From positions 1 to 17,613 of the forward strand of contig JBFRWN010000055.1 in NCBI GenBank assembly GCA_051439605.1: DNA of 17,613 nt, in the 5' to 3' direction. The stretch is from Synechococcus sp. GTDB lineage: Bacteria > Cyanobacteriota > Cyanobacteriia > Thermostichales > PCC-7336. This document shows, piece by piece, positions 14,488 through 17,613 of this stretch (position 1 is the first letter of the stretch; each line of letters begins with the position of its first letter). The position numbers and the translations under genes were made by a program. The notes below the pieces were generated by a model. It made no database searches and was not told the origin of the DNA. It was given only the letters and a program-made list of their open reading frames with translations.

Positions 14488-17400
14488 CTAAAACCGAGTT
14501 TCGAATTCAATTGAGCCCCTTGTGTCTCTGTTGAAGTCGCTTCGCCCCCGAAGCAGCCAGGAATTGTTCACTCGATATCGCAATCCTAAACGGGGATCTT
14601 CTTCTTGTTCTGTTAAGCTGCCCTCTGCAGAAATTGAGATGTTGCGACCTAGATCTCTTGCAACTTCAAGACCTAAGCTAGTTTCGTTCTTTCTTCCATA
14701 AAACGTCCCAATACTCACTTCATCGAGTCCAAGCCTATCTCCAATGGCATTTTCGCCACCGAAAAGCGTGCTTGTGACAGTGGATTCTAAAGCAGTACCC
14801 ACCAAATCGCTGACGATACTTTGTGCCAACAAGTTGCGAATCTCAGACTGAGAGCGATCGGGGACACTTGAAAAGACAAGCGTAGAAGAGTCTAACCCCC
14901 CAGCCAATTTGCTGGCTTTGCCCTGAACGGTTGCCCGGATTTCAATCGTGCGCGTGCTTCCAGTCCTTCTCGCGCTGAAGTCACTCCCTTGACCGTTTTG
15001 ACCGGTAAATTGCACCACCTCGTTCTTGGGATCGCCTCCCCCAGTCGAGCGGTCTATTTCCTCCGCGCGAGTAAATACCCGAACGTTGAGATCGGGATCT
15101 AGGCCATTCTCACGACTAAACACAGCCGTGTTAGGCCAAGACCGATCGAGGCGCAGGAAGGCCGGTCCTGCTGTAATTGCCCCTCTCGTCAGGGAAATGG
15201 TCCCTTCCCCCTGCGGTGAATCTAACGGACCGTATAGAGATAAATCTCCCTTAGCCGTGAAACGAAAAATGGGTTCCCACCCGATATTGAGTCGATCGCC
15301 TAAGACAAGCTTGAAGCCATCAAACTCTGGCTGGATAGGGGAAGGGCTGGGTGGTTGGTAGGTGCCCACACTAGCTGTAACGGTCGCTTGAGTGTTTCTG
15401 GGAGAGATGTCGACAAATCCTTCCCAAACATTGACTTCCCCAGAAATTTTTGGGGCCAGTAAACTTCCTGCGATCGCAATGTCCCCAGACACTTTCCCGT
15501 TGTACAAGTCAGGCAACTCAATTTGTGTGGGGTCGATCGCAATGGTTAGGGGTGACATATCTGAATCAAGTTTGTCAGGCTCCGATACCGGCAGAAAGCC
15601 AGCGGCCGTAATTTGTCCCCCAACAAAATCTGTTGAGAAAGATTCAACATGAATCCTGTCAAAATCAAAAAATACTCTGGTATTCAGGTTAGTCAGTGGT
15701 TCGGGGGAGGCAATCGCGTCTAGCGTAGTGTCTCTCAGGGAGAGATTTCCGGCAAGAGTTAAATCGTGAATGGTCTTACCATCAAATCTTCCTTGAAAAC
15801 CAACTAATAATTCACCCTTTGGAGATTGTAATGCAATTGCGTCTGTCAGCAAGTTGACGAATATCAGCTCGCTATCTCTTGCCTCGATCTGCACCGCAAA
15901 CCGATCGCTTTTAGGCGGAACCGTTACCAACGGGAATTGATACGGGATTGTCCCAACAAGCGTGGCAGGATCGTCGATATCCGCGCTATTGATAGCCATA
16001 CTCCCATTCAGTTGAAGGATGCTATTTTGGTAGCTATAGTCACCCAGAACTGCATAGATAGGCTCTTCATTAAAGGTGGCTTGGTCAAGCCTCATATCTC
16101 CCTCGACTTTAGGGTTGCTGAGACTGCCTGCCAAGTCGGTCGTAAGACTCAGGTCTCCAGAAAAACTAGGTGAAGAAGGGACAAATCTTTGCAGAAGCTC
16201 GATGGGAAATTCGTTGACTTGGATCGCTCCTTCAATTTCATCTAAGCCAAACGTACCCCTAGCTGTAGCAAAACGATTGTCGGTTTTTGCAGTAAACGTG
16301 GTTATGTTTAGCTGTAAATCTTTTAATAATCCATTCAGCTCTAGCTTCTCGATTAGGAATTCTTCTAGGGACCAATTCTCCCCTTGAAAATCAACTTGCG
16401 CAATGGGATTGTTCAACAGTCCAACCAGTCGAATATCCCCTTGAAAATCTCCTTTAAGGTTAGCCAAGTTTGGGATCCGGGGGTCGCTGACTACCGCAGA
16501 ATCAAGCCGATCTACGATATACGCATAGGCAGAGATTTGGTCGTACAGCGATCGCTGCCAAGAGAGAATTGGATTTGTGCGCAAATCCTCAGCAGTGCCA
16601 AGCTCCGGAATTTCAAAGCTCTGGATGATATCCGACCATTCGTTCCAATCGAGCCCCGCCAATACATCTTCGAGCTTGCCATTCTCCGCAGAAACAAAGA
16701 GATCGACCTGCGCTGGCAGCGGTTGATTTCTGACTAAACGGCCCCCTCGCATAAACGAGCCGGTGTTGCTGGGGAGCGTGACGGAACCATTCGCTTCAAT
16801 AACAGTACCTTCCAGTGCGAGTTGACCGTTATTTAGGGTGACGACGTTATTGGAGAAGGAGAATCCAGATTCTAATCGACTGACTTTCAACCCAGCCCAA
16901 TGGGGCTGCTCGGCAACAAAATCTCCCATAACGCTCCTGTCCTGCAAGTTGACTGCCAACGTGCTGTCCAGGGTGCCACCAAAATATCCGGGCAGAATTC
17001 CATTCAGGAGAGAGAGGGGGACTTGAACAACTTGAAGGTTCAACAGGTCGTTTTGTCTTGCCCCATCAATGGTAGTAATGCCCTGGCGAACGTTGACTTT
17101 GGTAGGAAAAAAATCTGCTCCGGTGGTGAGAAAAATGCGATCCGGTTCCGTGTCATCTGCACTGCCACTCTCGACCAAATCGAGCGATACCCCTTGATTG
17201 GCTTGCCAATTAACCGGACCTTGCAGCGGCTCAAATGCCAGGGCAGCGATCGCGAGCGAATTTGCTGTGGCATTAGCAGCTAGCCGGAGGTTATCCAGAG
17301 GGCCCGTAATAGTTCCCTGAAAGGAAACTATCCCCCCTATAGGTTGAGATGAGAGTACTGGTAGAGTTTCTAGCTGGAGGTTGTCGGCCACTAAGGCAAG

Positions 17401-17613
17401 AGCAACGGGGCCAATGGCAAAGGTCTCGGAATTTACCGGGATACGTCCGTTGACGGCGATCGCATCCAAAGCCAGACCGTTGTTGATATTAAGACCACCT
17501 CCGTCCCATTCCACATCCGCAACAAAATCACCCAGGTCAGCCACCTGCTGTAAGTCAATCTGTCCCTGCCCCCGCAATCCAGCTAGATTCAGATTGTCTG
17601 TTCTAGCCTGCAG
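14488..17613 (-). CDS. tamB: Translocation and assembly module TamB (DUF490), partial; 5' end outside the window
   Basis: Over 1040 aa of glycine-rich beta-strand repeats. The C-terminal region is DUF490-like (GLDPDLNV, FSSVPDRSQSEI, LGLDEVSI, LRYRVNNSWLLRG, IEFETRF*). The frame stays open from 17577 to the window edge. Confidence 0.88.
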   Translation of the reverse strand: MQARTDNLNLAGLRGQGQIDLQQVADLGDFVADVEWDGGGLNINNGLALDAIAVNGRIPVNSETFAIGPVALALVADNLQLETLPVLSSQPIGGIVSFQGTITGPLDNLRLAANATANSLAIAALAFEPLQGPVNWQANQGVSLDLVESGSADDTEPDRIFLTTGADFFPTKVNVRQGITTIDGARQNDLLNLQVVQVPLSLLNGILPGYFGGTLDSTLAVNLQDRSVMGDFVAEQPHWAGLKVSRLESGFSFSNNVVTLNNGQLALEGTVIEANGSVTLPSNTGSFMRGGRLVRNQPLPAQVDLFVSAENGKLEDVLAGLDWNEWSDIIQSFEIPELGTAEDLRTNPILSWQRSLYDQISAYAYIVDRLDSAVVSDPRIPNLANLKGDFQGDIRLVGLLNNPIAQVDFQGENWSLEEFLIEKLELNGLLKDLQLNITTFTAKTDNRFATARGTFGLDEIEGAIQVNEFPIELLQRFVPSSPSFSGDLSLTTDLAGSLSNPKVEGDMRLDQATFNEEPIYAVLGDYSYQNSILQLNGSMAINSADIDDPATLVGTIPYQFPLVTVPPKSDRFAVQIEARDSELIFVNLLTDAIALQSPKGELLVGFQGRFDGKTIHDLTLAGNLSLRDTTLDAIASPEPLTNLNTRVFFDFDRIHVESFSTDFVGGQITAAGFLPVSEPDKLDSDMSPLTIAIDPTQIELPDLYNGKVSGDIAIAGSLLAPKISGEVNVWEGFVDISPRNTQATVTASVGTYQPPSPSPIQPEFDGFKLVLGDRLNIGWEPIFRFTAKGDLSLYGPLDSPQGEGTISLTRGAITAGPAFLRLDRSWPNTAVFSRENGLDPDLNVRVFTRAEEIDRSTGGGDPKNEVVQFTGQNGQGSDFSARRTGSTRTIEIRATVQGKASKLAGGLDSSTLVFSSVPDRSQSEIRNLLAQSIVSDLVGTALESTVTSTLFGGENAIGDRLGLDEVSIGTFYGRKNETSLGLEVARDLGRNISISAEGSLTEQEEDPRLGLRYRVNNSWLLRGRSDFNRDTRGSIEFETRF

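Larger units (their letters stand above)
674..17463. repeat. Dispersed HIP1 octamers (GCGATCGC)
   Basis: At least 17 perfect copies, starting at 674, 2355, 2417, 5203, 6085, 6417, 7137, 7197, 7403, 8205, 11894, 11948, 13149, 15470, 16548, 17246 and 17456. Fewer than one would be expected by chance in 17.6 kb. Confidence 0.92.

Noticed and set aside
505..17283. Many short ORF-track entries overlapping the main genes (e.g. 505-834, 2047-2349, 4741-5085, 6499-8214 minus, 15026-17283 plus)
   Set aside because: They are antisense or alternate-frame shadows of well-supported genes and have no recognisable motifs.
1..17613. CRISPR arrays, tRNA, rRNA or riboswitches
   Set aside because: I saw no regularly spaced repeat-spacer array or recognisable structured RNA by eye. 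A covariance-model search (Rfam/tRNAscan) would be needed to exclude them formally.

Overview
A cyanobacterial chromosomal window (ycf4, Ycf21-type chorismate lyase, at least 17 HIP1 octamers GCGATCGC). The left half (about 1-8750) looks accessory. It holds the 3' end of an RTX/T1SS-type secreted protein and then a decayed fragment resembling a lipoxygenase C-terminus, which the ORF track misses. Next come an atypical membrane-anchored cytochrome P450 lacking the I-helix acid-alcohol pair and an alpha/beta epoxide hydrolase. These are followed by a complete ISKra4-family IS (3192-4659), an HTH/NB-ARC/14xWD40 STAND protein, and a 199-bp MITE-like element whose ends resemble the IS ends. The right half looks like conserved cyanobacterial backbone: HerA-like ATPase, aroQ, chorismate lyase, 7Fe-type ferredoxin, HD phosphohydrolase, ycf4 and a partial tamB. 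The best candidate for an undescribed system is a putative oxylipin cassette (LOX remnant, hydroperoxide-type P450, epoxide hydrolase). All family calls rest on motif recognition by eye; no database searches were run.
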